Source of the DNA: the human T2T-CHM13v2.0 reference genome, Homo sapiens
Direction: 5' to 3' (one strand)
DNA: 64,000 nucleotides
Assembly (NCBI RefSeq): GCF_009914755.1
Contig: NC_060939.1
In this document: in pieces, positions 1-12,400 of the stretch
Numbering within the stretch: the stretch's first letter is position 1
Layout: each line of letters opens with the position of its first letter
Notes under the pieces: generated by a model
The model's input: the letters and a program-made list of their open reading frames with translations, nothing else
Database searches by the model: none
Told to the model about the DNA's origin: nothing
Position numbers and translations under genes: made by a program

Positions 1-794
1 TTCCATTCGATTACATTCCATGCGATTCCATTCGAAATCGAATCAATTACATTGCAATCCATTACTATTGAGTCAATTTTATTCCAGTCCACTGCATTCT
101 GGTCCATTCCATTTGATTCCATTCCATTCTATTCCATTCCATACAGTTGCATTCCATTGGATTCCATTCTATATCTATAAATTCAATTCGAGACCATTGC
201 TTTTGAATCCATTCTATATGATTCCATTCCATTCAAGTCCATTACATTTGGTTCAATTCCATTCCATTCCATTCCGTTCCATTCCATTCCAGTTGATATC
301 AATCCATTCGATTCCATTCCATTCGAGCACATTCCATTCGAGTCCATTCCATTCGATGCCATTCCATTTGATTCTATTCCATTAGTCTCCATTCAATTCC
401 ATTAATCTCCATTCCATTCCATTCTACTCCAACTGATTCCATTCCATTCTATTCCTTTCCATTCCATTTCATTCCATTCCATTCCATTTCATTCCATTCC
501 ATTCCATTCGCTTCCATTCGTGTCCATTCCACTCCAGTCCATTCCATTCGTGTCCATTCCATTCCAGTCCATTCCATTTGTGTCCACTGCATTCCATTCC
601 ACTCCATTCCATATTATTCCATTACACTCCATTCCATTCTATTACTTTCATTTCCATTCAATTCCATTCCATTTGATTCCATTCCACTCGGTTTCATTCC
701 ATTTGAGTCCACTCCATTCCATTCCATTCCATTCCATTCAGTTCCATTCCATTCTGTTCCATTCCATTCCGTTCCATTGCATTCCATTCCATTC

Positions 795-2563
795 GGTACC
801 ATTCCATATTGTTCCATTCGATTCCATTCGAATCCATTCCATTCCAGTCCATTCCATTCGATTCCATTCCATTCCTTTCAATTCCATTCCATTCCATTCC
901 ATTCCACTTGATTCCACTCCATTCCCTTCCACTGCATTCCATTCGATTCCGTTCCATTGCATTGCATTCCATTCCATTGGACTGCATTCCATTCGATTCC
1001 ATTCCATTCGAATCAATTACATAGCAATCCATTACATTCGAGTCTATTCTATTCCGTTCCGTTCGATTTCGTTCCAATCCATTCGATTCCATTCCATTCG
1101 ATTCCATTCCATACTATTGCATTCCATTCGATTACATTATATTCGAATAAGTTCCATTCAAGACCATTTCTTTTGAGTCCATTCTATTTGAGTCCATTCC
1201 CTTTGATTCCATAACATTTGAGTCCATTCAATTCCATTCCTTTCGTTTCCATTCCATTTGATGCCATTCCATTCAATTCTGTTCTACTCGACTCCAATAC
1301 ATTCAATTCCATTCCATCCGATTCCATTACATTCTTTTCATTTCTTATCCATTTCAAGCCATTCCACTCCATTCCATTCCACTCGTTTCCTTTCCATTCG
1401 AGTCCATTCCTCTCCAGTCCATTCCGTTCAATCCATTCCATTCCAGTCCATTCCATTCGAGTCCGTTCCATTCCAGTCCATTCCATTCGAGTCAATTCCA
1501 TTCCATTCGATGTCTTTCCATAACGATCCATTCCATTCTATTCCTTTCGATTCCATTCCATTCTATTTCATTCCATTCGATTCCCTTCCATTGGACTCCT
1601 TTCCATTCGAGTGCATTCCATTCCGTTCCATTTCTTTCCGTTCTGTACGATTCTTACCGTTCGATTTCATTTTGTTCCAGTCCATTCCTTTCGCGTCCAT
1701 TCCATTCCATTTCACTCCATTCGATTCCATTCCACTCGATTCCACTTCGTTCCATTTCATTGCATTCCATTCTATTCAACTCTATTGCCTTCCATTCCAT
1801 TCCATTCGATTACATTCCATGCGATTGCATTCGAAATAGAATCAATTACATTGCAATCCATTACTATTGAGTCCGTTTTATTCCAGTCCACTGCATTCTG
1901 GTCCATTCCATTTGATTCCATTCCATTCTATTCCATTCCATACAGTTGCATTCCATTGGATTCCATGCTATATCTATAAATTCAATTCGAGACCATTGCT
2001 TTTGAGTCCATTCTATATGATTCCATTCCATTCAAGTCCATTACATTTGGTTCAATTCCATTCCATTTCAGTTGATATCAATCCATTCGATTCCATTCCA
2101 TTCGAGCACATTCCATTCGAGTCCATTCCATTCGATGCCATTCCATTTGATTCTATGCCATTAGTCTCCATTCAATTCCATTAATCTCCATTCCATTCCA
2201 TTCTACTCCAACTGATTCCATTCCATTCTATTCCTTTCCATTCCATTTCATTCCATTCCATTCCATTTCATTCCATTCCATTCCATTCGTGTCCATTCAA
2301 CTCCAGTCCATTCCATTCGTGTCCATTCCATTCCAGTCCATTCCATTTGTGTCCACTGCATTCCATTCCACTCCATTCCATATTATTCCATTACACTCCA
2401 TTCCATTCTATTACTTTCATTTCCATTCAATTCCATTCCATTTGATTCCATTCCACTCGGTTTCATTCCATTTGAGTCCACTCCATTCCATTCCATTCCA
2501 TTCCATTCAGTTCCATTCCATTCTGTTCCATTCCATTGCGTTCCATTACATTCCATTCCATTC
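795..2563 (+). repeat. Example 1.8 kb monomer, KpnI site to KpnI site (1769 bp)
   Basis: GGTACC at 795-800 and 2564-2569. Once-per-unit landmarks in between include TTCGCGTCC, CTGTACGA, CTATAAATT, GTTGATATC and GAGCAC. Confidence 0.95.
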
Positions 2564-2991
2564 GGTACCATTCCATATTGTTGCATTCGATTCCATTCGA
2601 ATCCATTCCATTCCAGTCCATTCCATTCGATTCCATTCCATTCATTTCAATTCCATTCCATTCCATTCCATTACATTCCACTTGATTCCTCTCCATTCCC
2701 TTCCACTGCATTCCGTTCGATTCCATTCCATTGCATTGCATTCCATTCCATTGGATTGCATTCCATTCGATTCCATTCCATTCGAATCAATTACATAGCA
2801 ATCCATTATATTCGAGTCTATTCTATTCCGTTCCATTCGATTTCGTTCCAATCCATTCGATTCCATTCCATTCGATTCCATTCCATACTATTGCATTCCA
2901 TTCGATTACATTATATTCGAATAAGTTCCATTCAAGACCATTTCTTTTGAGTCCATTCTATTTGAGTCCATTCCCTTTGATTCCATAACAT

Positions 2992-5900
2992 TTGAGTCCA
3001 TTCAATTCCATTCCTTTCGTTTCCATTCCATTTGATGCCATTCCACTCAATTCTGTTCTACTCGACTCCAATACATTCAATTCCATTCCATCCGATTCCA
3101 TTACATTCTTTTCATTTCTTATCCATTTCAAGCCATTCCACTCCATTCCATTCCACTCGTTTCCTTTCCATTCGAGTCCATTCCTCTCCAGTCCATTCCG
3201 TTCAATCCATTCCATTCCAGTCCATTCCATTCGAGTCCGTTCCATTCCAGTCCATTCCATTCGAGTCAATTCCATTCCATTCGATGTCTTTCCATAACGA
3301 TCCATTCCATTCTATTCCTTTCGATTCCATACCATTCTATTTCATTCCATTCGATTCCCTTCCATTGGACTCCTTTCCATTCGAGTGCATTCCATTCCGT
3401 TCCATTTCTTTCCGTTCTGTACGATTCTTACCGTTCGATTTCATTTTGTTCCAGTCCATTCCTTTCGCGTCCATTCCATTCCATTTCACTCCATTCGATT
3501 CCATTCCACTCGATTCCACTTCGTTCCATTTCATTGCATTCCATTCTATTCAACTCTATTGCCTTCCATTCCATTCCATTCGATTACATTCCATGCGATT
3601 GCATTCGAAATCGAATCAATTACATTGCAATCCATTACTATTGAGTCCGTTTTATTCCAGTCCACTGCATTCTGGTCCATTCCATTTGATTCCATTCCAT
3701 TCTATTCCATTCCATACAGTTGCATTCCTTTGGATTCCATGCTATATCTATAAATTCAATTCGAGACCATTGCTTTTGAGTCCATTCTATATGATTCCAT
3801 TCCATTCAAGTCCATTACATTTGGTTCAATTCCATTCCATTCCAGTTGATATCAATCCATTCGATTCCATTCCATTCGAGCACATTCCATTCGAGTCCAT
3901 TCCATTCGATGCCATTCCATTTGATTCTATGCCATTAGTCTCCATTCAATTCCATTAATCTCCATTCCATTCCATTCTACTCCAACTGATTCCATTCCAT
4001 TATATTCCTTTCCATTCCATTTCATTCCATTCCATTCCATTTCATTCCATTCCATTCCATTCGTGTCCATTCCACTCCAGTCCATTCCATTCGTGTCCAT
4101 TCCATTCCAGTCCATTCCATTTGTGTCCACTGCATTCCATTCCACTCCATTCCATATTATTCCATTACACTCCATTCCATTCTATTACTTTCATTTCCAT
4201 TCAATTCCATTCCATTTGATTCCATTCCACTCGGTTTCATTCCATTTGAGTCCACTCCATTCCATTCCATTCCATTCCATTCAGTTCCATTCCATTCTGT
4301 TCCATTCCATTCCGTTCCATTACATTCCATTCCATTCGGTACCATTCCATATTGTTCCTTTCGATTCCATTCGAATCCATTCCATTCCAGTCCATTCCAT
4401 TCGATTCCATTCCATTCATTTCAATTCCATTCCATTCCATTCCATTACATTCCACTTGATTCCTCTCCATTCCCTTCCACTGCATTCCGTTCGATTCCAT
4501 TCCATTGCAATGCATTCCATTCCATTGGATTGCATTCCATTCGATTCCATTCCATTCGAATCAATTACATAGCAATCCATTACATTCGAGTCTATTCTAT
4601 TCCGTTCCATTCGATTTCGTTCCAATCCATTCGATTCCATTCCATTCGATTCCATTCCATACTATTGCATTCCATTCTATTACATTATATTCGAATAAGT
4701 TCCATTCAAGACCATTTCTTTTGAGTCCATTCTATTTGAGTCCATTCCCTTTGATTCCATAACATTTGAGTCCATTCAATTCCATTCCTTTCGTTTGCAT
4801 TCCATTTGATGCCATTCCATTCAATTCTGTTCTACTCGACTCCAATACATTCAATTCCATTCCATCCGATTCCATTACATTCTTTTCATTTCTTATCCAT
4901 TTCAAGCCCTTCCACTCCATTCCTTTCCACTCGTTTCCTTTCCATTCGAGTCCATTCCTCTCCAGTCCATTCCGTTCAATCCATTCCATTCCAGTCCATT
5001 CCATTCGAGTCCGTTCCATTCCAGTCCTCTCTATTCGAGTCAATTCCATCCCATTCGATGTCTTTCCATAACGATCCATTCCATTCTATTCCTTTCGATT
5101 CCATTCCATTCTACTTCATTCAATTCGATTCCCTTCCATTGGACTCCTTTCCATTCGAGTGCATTCCATTCCGTTCCATTTCTTACCGTTCTGTACGATT
5201 CCTACCGTTCGATTTCATTTTGTTCCAGTCCATTCCTTTCGCGTCCATTCCATTCCATTTCACTCCATTCGATTCCATTCCACTCGATTCCACTTCGTTC
5301 CATTTCATTGCATTCCATTCTATTCAACTCTATTGCCTTCCATTCCATTCCATTCGATTACTTTCCATGCGATTCCGTTCGAAATCGAATCAATTACATT
5401 GCAATCCATTACTATTGAGTCCATTTTATTCCAGTCCACTGCATTCTGGTCCATTCCATTTGATTCCATTCCATTCTATTCCATTCCATACAGTTGCATT
5501 CCATTGGATTCCATTCTATATCTATAAATTCAATTCGAGACCATTGCTTTTGAATCCATTCTTTATGATTCCATTCCATTCAAGTCCATTACATTTGGTT
5601 CAATTCCATTCCATTCCATTCCCTTCCATTCCATTCCAGTTGATATCAATCCATTCGATTCCATTCCATTCGAGCACATTCCATTTGAGTCCATTCCATT
5701 CGATGCCATTCCATTTGATTCTATTCCATTAGTCTCCATTCAATTCCATTAATCTCCATTCCATTCCATTCTACTCCAACTGATTCCATTCCATTCTATT
5801 CCTTTCCATTCCATTTCATTCCATTCCATTCCATTTCATTCCATTCCATTCCATTTCATTCCATTCAATTCCATTCGTGTCCATTCCACTCCAGTCCATT

Positions 5901-8900
5901 CCATTCGTGTCCATTCCATTCCAGTCCATTCCATTTGTGTCCACTGCATTCCATTCCACTCCATTCCATATTATTCCATTACACTCCATTCCATTCTATT
6001 ACTTTCATTTCCATTTAATTCCATTCCATTTGATTCCATTCCACTCGGTTTCATTCCATTTGAGTCCACTCCATTCCATTCCATTCCATTCCATTCAGTT
6101 CCATTCCATTCTGTTCCATTCCATTCCGTTCCATTGCATTCCATTCCATTCGGTACCATTCCATATTGTTCCATTCGATTCCATTCGAATCCATTCCATT
6201 CCAGTCCATTCCATTCGATTCCATTCCATTCCTTTCAATTCCATTCCATTCCATTCCATTCCACTTGATTCCACTCCATTCCCTTCCACTGCATTCCATT
6301 CGATTCCATTCCATTGCATTGCATTCCATTCCATTGGACTGCATTCCATTCGATTCCATTCCATTCGAATCAATTACATAGCAATCCATTACATTCGAGT
6401 CTATTCTATTCCGTTCCATTCGATTTCATTCCAATCCATTCGATTCCATTCCATTCGATTCCATTCCATACTATTGCATTCCATTCTATTACATTATATT
6501 CGAATAAGTTCCATTCAAGACCATTTCTTTTGAGTCCATTCTATTTGAGTCCATTCCCTTTGATTCCATAACATTTGAGTCCATTCAATTCCATTCCTTT
6601 CGTTTCCATTCCATTTGATGCCATTCCACTCAATTCTGTTCTACTCGACTCCAATACATTCAATTCCATTCCATCCGATTCCATTACATTCTTTTCATTT
6701 CTTATCCATTTCAAGCCATTCCACTCCATTCCATTCTACTCGTTTCCTTTCCATTCGAGTCCATTCCTCTCCAGTCCATTCCGTTCAATCCATTCCATTC
6801 CAGTCCATTCCATTCGAGTCCGTTCCATTCCAGTCCATTCCATTCGAGTCAATTCCATTCCATTCGATGTCTTTCCATAACGATCCATTCCATTCTATTC
6901 CTTTCGATTCCATTCCATTCTATTTCATTCCATTCGATTCCCTTCCATTGGACTCCTTTCCATTCGAGTGCATTCCATTCCGTTCCATTTCTTTCCGTTC
7001 TGTACGATTCTTACCGTTCGATTTCATTTTGTTCCAGTCCATTCCTTTCGCGTCCATTCCATTCCATTTCACTCCATTCGATTCCATTCCACTCGATTCC
7101 ACTTCGTTCCATTTCATTGCATTCCATTCTATTCAACTCTATTGCCTTCCATTCCATTCCATTCGATTACATTCCATGCGATTGCATTCGAAATCGAATC
7201 AATTACATTGCAATCCATTACTATTGAGTCCGTTTTATTCCAGTCCACTGCATTCTGGTCCATTCCATTTGATTCCATTCCATTCTATTCCATTCCATAC
7301 AGTTGCATTCCTTTGGATTCCATGCTATATCTATAAATTCAATTCGAGACCATTGCTTTTGAGTCCATTCTATATGATTCCATTCCATTCAAGTCCATTA
7401 CATTTGGTTCAATTCCATTCCATTCCAGTTGATATCAATCCATTCGATTCCATTCCATTCGAGCACATTCCATTCGAGTCCATTCCATTCGATGCCATTC
7501 CATTTGATTCTATGCCATTAGTCTCCATTCAATTCCATTAATCTCCATTCCATTCCATTCTACTCCAACTGATTCCATTCCATTCTATTCCTTTCCATTC
7601 CATTTCATTCCATTCCATTCCATTTCATTCCATTCCATTCCATTCGTGTCCATTCCACTCCAGTCCATTCCATTCGTGTCCATTCCATTCCAGTCCATTC
7701 CATTTGTGTCCACTGCATTCCATTCCACTCCATTCCATATTATTCCATTACACTCCATTCCATTCTATTACTTTCATTTCCATTCAATTCCATTCCATTT
7801 GATTCCATTCCACTCGGTTTCATTCCATTTGAGTCCACTCCATTCCATTCCATTCCATTCAGTTCCATTCCATTCTGTTCCATTCCATTCCGTTCCATTA
7901 CATTACATTCCATTTGGTACCATTCCATATTGTTCCATTCGATTCCATTCGAATCCATTCCATTCCAGTCCATTCCATTCGATTCCATTCCATTCATTTC
8001 AATTCCATTCCATTCCATTCCATTACATTCCACTTGATTCCTCTCCATTCCCTTCCACTGCATTCCGTTCGATTCCATTCCATTGCATTGCATTCCATTC
8101 CATTGGATTGCATTCCATTCGATTCCATTCCATTCGAATCAATTACATAGCAATCCATTACATTCGAGTCTATTCTATTCCGTTCCATTCGATTTCGTTC
8201 CAATCCATTCGATTCCATTCCATTCGATTCCATTCCATACTATTGCATTCCATTCGATTACATTATATTCGAATAAGTTCCATTCAAGACCATTTCTTTT
8301 GAGTCCATTCTATTTGAGTCCATTCCCTTTGATTCCATAACATTTGAGTCCATTCAATTCCATTCCTTTCGTTTGCATTCCATTTGATGCCATTCCATTC
8401 AATTCTGTTCTACTCGACTCCAATACATTCAATTCCATTCCATCCGATTCCATTACATTCTTTTCATTTCTTATCCATTTCAAGCCATTCCACTCCATTC
8501 CATTCCACTCGTTTCCTTTCCATTCGAGTCCATTCCTCTCCAGTCCATTCCGTTCAATCCATTCCATTCCAGTCCATTCCATTCGAGTCCGTTCCATTCC
8601 AGTCCTCTCTATTCGAGTCAATTCCATCCCATTCGATGTCTTTCCATAACGATCCATTCCATTCTATTCCTTTCGATTCCATTCCATTCTACTTCATTCA
8701 ATTCGATTCCCTTCCATTGGACTCCTTTCCATTCGAGTGCATTCCATTCCGTTCCATTTCTTACCGTTCTGTACGATTCCTACCGTTCGATTTCATTTTG
8801 TTCCAGTCCATTCCTTTCGCGTCCATTCCATTCCATTTCACTCCATTCGATTCCATTCCACTCGATTCCACTTCGTTCCATTTCATTGCATTCCATTCTA

Positions 8901-9460
8901 TTCAACTCTATTGCCTTCCATTCCATTCCATTCGATTACATTCCATGCGATTCCGTTCGAAATCGAATCAATTACATTGCAATCCATTACTATTGAGTCC
9001 ATTTTATTCCAGTCCACTGCATTCTGGTCCATTCCATTTGATTCCATTCCATTCTATTCCATTCCATACAGTTGCATTCCATTGGATTCCATTCTATATC
9101 TATAAATTCAATTCGAGACCATTGCTTTTGAATCCATTCTATATGATTCCATTCCATTCAAGTCCATTACATTTGGTTCAATTTCATTCCATTCCATTCC
9201 CTTCCATTCCATTCCAGTTGATATCAATCCATTCGATTCCATTCCATTCGAGCACATTCCATTTGAGTCCATTCCATTCGATGCCATTCCATTTGATTCT
9301 ATTCCATTAGTCTCCATTCAATTCCATTAATCTCCATTCCATTCCATTCTACTCCAACTGATTCCATTCCATTCTATTCCTTTCCATTCCATTTCATTCC
9401 ATTCCATTCCATTTCATTCCATTTCATTCCATTCCATTCCATTCGCTTCCATTCCATTCG
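2992..9460 (+). repeat. Recent 2-unit (~3.58 kb) tandem duplication within the array (bounds approximate)
   Basis: Private variants paired at 3578-3583 bp offset: CCACTCAATTCTG (~3043/6626), GCATTCCTTTGG (~3722/7305), CAGTCCTCTCTATTCG (~5022/8600), CTACTTCATTCAATTCG (~5111/8689), CCGTTCGAAATC (~5375/8953). Confidence 0.85.
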
Positions 9461-12400
9461 TGTCCATTCCACTCCAGTCCATTCCATTCGTGTCCATTCC
9501 ATTCCAGTCCATTCCATTTGTGTCCACTGCATTCCATTCCACTCAATTCCATATTATTCCATTACACTCCCTTCCATTCTATTACTTTCATTTCCATTCA
9601 ATTCCATTCCATTTGATTCCATTCCACTCGGTTTCATTCCATTTGAGTCCACTCCATTCCATTCCATTCCATTCCATTCAGTTCCATTCCATTCTGTTCC
9701 ATTCCATTCCGTTCCATTGCATTCCATTCTATTCGGTACCATTCCATATTGTTCCATTCGATTCCATTCGAATCCATTCCATTCCAGTCCATTCCATTCG
9801 ATTCCATTCCATTCCTTTCAATTCCATTCCATTCCATTCCATTCCACTTGATTCCACTCCATTCCCTTCCACTGCATTCCATTCGATTCCATTCCATTGC
9901 ATTGCATTCCATTCCATTGGACTGCATTCCATTCGATTCCATTCCATTCGAATCAATTACATAGCAATCCATTACATTCGGGTCTATTCTATTCCGTTCC
10001 ATTCGATTTCATTCCAATCCATTCGATTCCATTCCATACTATTGCATTCCATTCTATTACGTTATATTCGAATAAGTTCCATTCAAGACCATTTCTTTTG
10101 AGTTCATTCTATTTGAGTCCATTCCCTTTGATTCCATAACATTTGAGTCCATTCAATTCCATTCCTTTCGTTTGCATTCCATTTGATGCCATTCCATTCA
10201 ATTCTGTGCTACTCGACTCCAATACATTCAATTCCATTCCATCCGATTCCATTACATTCTTTTCATTTCTTATCCATTTCAAGCCATTCCACTCCATTCC
10301 ATTCCACTCGTTTCCTTTCCATTCGAGTCCATTCCTCTCCAGTCCATTCCGTTCAATCCATTCCATTCCTGTCCATTCCATTCGAGTCCGTTCCATTCCA
10401 GTCCAATCCATTCGAGTCAATTCCATCCCATTCGATGTCTTTCCATAACGATCCATTCCATTCTATTCCTTTCGATTCCATTCCATTCTATTTCATTCCA
10501 TTCGATTCCCTTCCATTGGACTCCTTTCCATTCGAGTGCATTCCATTCCGTTCCATTTCTTTCCGTTCTGTACGATTCCTACCGTTCGATTTCATTTTGT
10601 TCCAGTCCATTCCTTTCGCGTCCATTCCATTCCATTTCACTCCATTCGATTCCATTCCACTCGATTCCACTTCGTTCCATTTCATTGCATTCCATTCTAT
10701 TCAACTCTATTGCCTTCCATTCCATTCCATTCGATTACATTCCATGCGATTCCATTCGAAATCGAATCAATTACATTGCAATCCATTACTATTGAGTCCG
10801 TTTTATTCCAGTCCACTGCATTCTGGTCCATTCCATTTGATTCCATTCCATTCTATTCCATTCCATACAGTTGCATTCCATTGGATTCCATTCTATATCT
10901 ATAAATTCAATTCGAGACCATAGCTTTTGAATCCATTCTATATGATTCCATTCCATTCAAGTCCATTACATTTGGTTCAATTCCATTCCATTCCATTCCG
11001 TTCCATTCCATTCCAGTTGATATCAATCCATTCGATTCCATTCCATTCGAGCACATTCCATTCGAGTCCATTCCATTCGATGCCATTCCATTTGATTCTA
11101 TTCCATTGGTCTCCATTCAATTCCATTAATCTCCATTCCATTCCATTCTACTCCAACTGATTCCATTCCATTCTATTCCTTTCCATTCCATTTCATTCCA
11201 TTCCATTCCATTTCATTCCATTCCATTCCATTCGCTTCCATTCGTGTCCATTCCACTCCAGTCCATTCCATTCGTGTCCATTCCATTCCAGTCCATTCCA
11301 TTTGTGTCCACTGCATTCCATTCCACTCCATTCCATATTATTCCATTACACTCCATTCCATTCTATTACTTTCATTTCCATTCAATTCCATTCCATTTGA
11401 TTCCATTCCACTCGGTTTCATTCCATTTGAGTCCACTCCATTCCATTCCATTCCATTCCATGCAGTTCCATTCCATTCTGTTCCATTCCATTCCGTTCCA
11501 TTGCATTCCATTCCATTCGGTACCATTCCATATTGTTCCATTCGATTCCATTCGAATCCATTCCATTCCAGTCCATTCCATTCGATTCCATTCCATTCCA
11601 TTCAATTCCATTCCATTCCATTCCATTCCACTTGATTCCACTCCATTCCCTTCCACTGCATTCAATTCGATTCCATTCCATTGCATTGCATTCCATTCCA
11701 TTGGACTGCATTCCATTCGATTCCATTCCATTCGAATCAATTACATAGCAATCCATTACATTCGAGTCTATTCTATTCCATTCCATTCGATTTCGTTCCA
11801 ATCCATTCGATTCCATTCCATTCGATTCCATTCCATACTATTGCATTCCATTCTATTACATTATATTCGAATAAGTTCCATTCAAGACCATTTCTTTTGA
11901 GTCCATTCTATTTGAGTCCATTCCCTTTGATTCCATAATATTTGAGTCCATTCAATTCCATTCCTTTCGTTTCCATTCCATTTGATGCCATTCCATTCAA
12001 TTCTGTTCTACTCGACTCCAATACATTCAATTCATTCCATCCGATTCCATTACATTCTTTTCATTTCTTATCCATTTCAAGCCATTCCACTCCATTCCAT
12101 TCCACTCGTTTCCTTTCAATTCGAGTCCATTCCTCTCCAGTCCATTCCGTTCAATCCATTCCATTCCAGTCCATTCCATTCGAGTCCGTTCCATTCCAGT
12201 CCATTCCATTCGAGTCAATTCCATTCCATTCGATGTCTTTCCATAACGATCCATTCCATTCTATTCCTTTCGATTCCATTCCATTCTATTTCATTCCATT
12301 CGATTCCCTTCCATTGGACTCCTTTCCATTCGAGTGCATTCCATTCCATTCCATTTCTTTCCGTTCTGTACGATTCCTACCGTTCGATTTCATTTTGTTC

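Noticed and set aside
31-45. Canonical heat-shock element at TTCGAAATCGAA
   Set aside because: Spacing does not give three alternating nGAAn units; at best degenerate.
1184-1531. Recurring MEWNG-rich minus-strand ORFs
   Set aside because: Direct translation of (GGAAT)n; a well-known source of spurious hypothetical proteins.
3032-3958. Recurring 308-aa + strand ORF and other FHSIP-rich ORFs
   Set aside because: (ATTCC)n has no stop codons and translates to FHSIP. Many starts are TTG/GTG/TTG-like alternatives, ORFs overlap in all frames, and copies are broken by stops and frameshifts. No evidence of coding.
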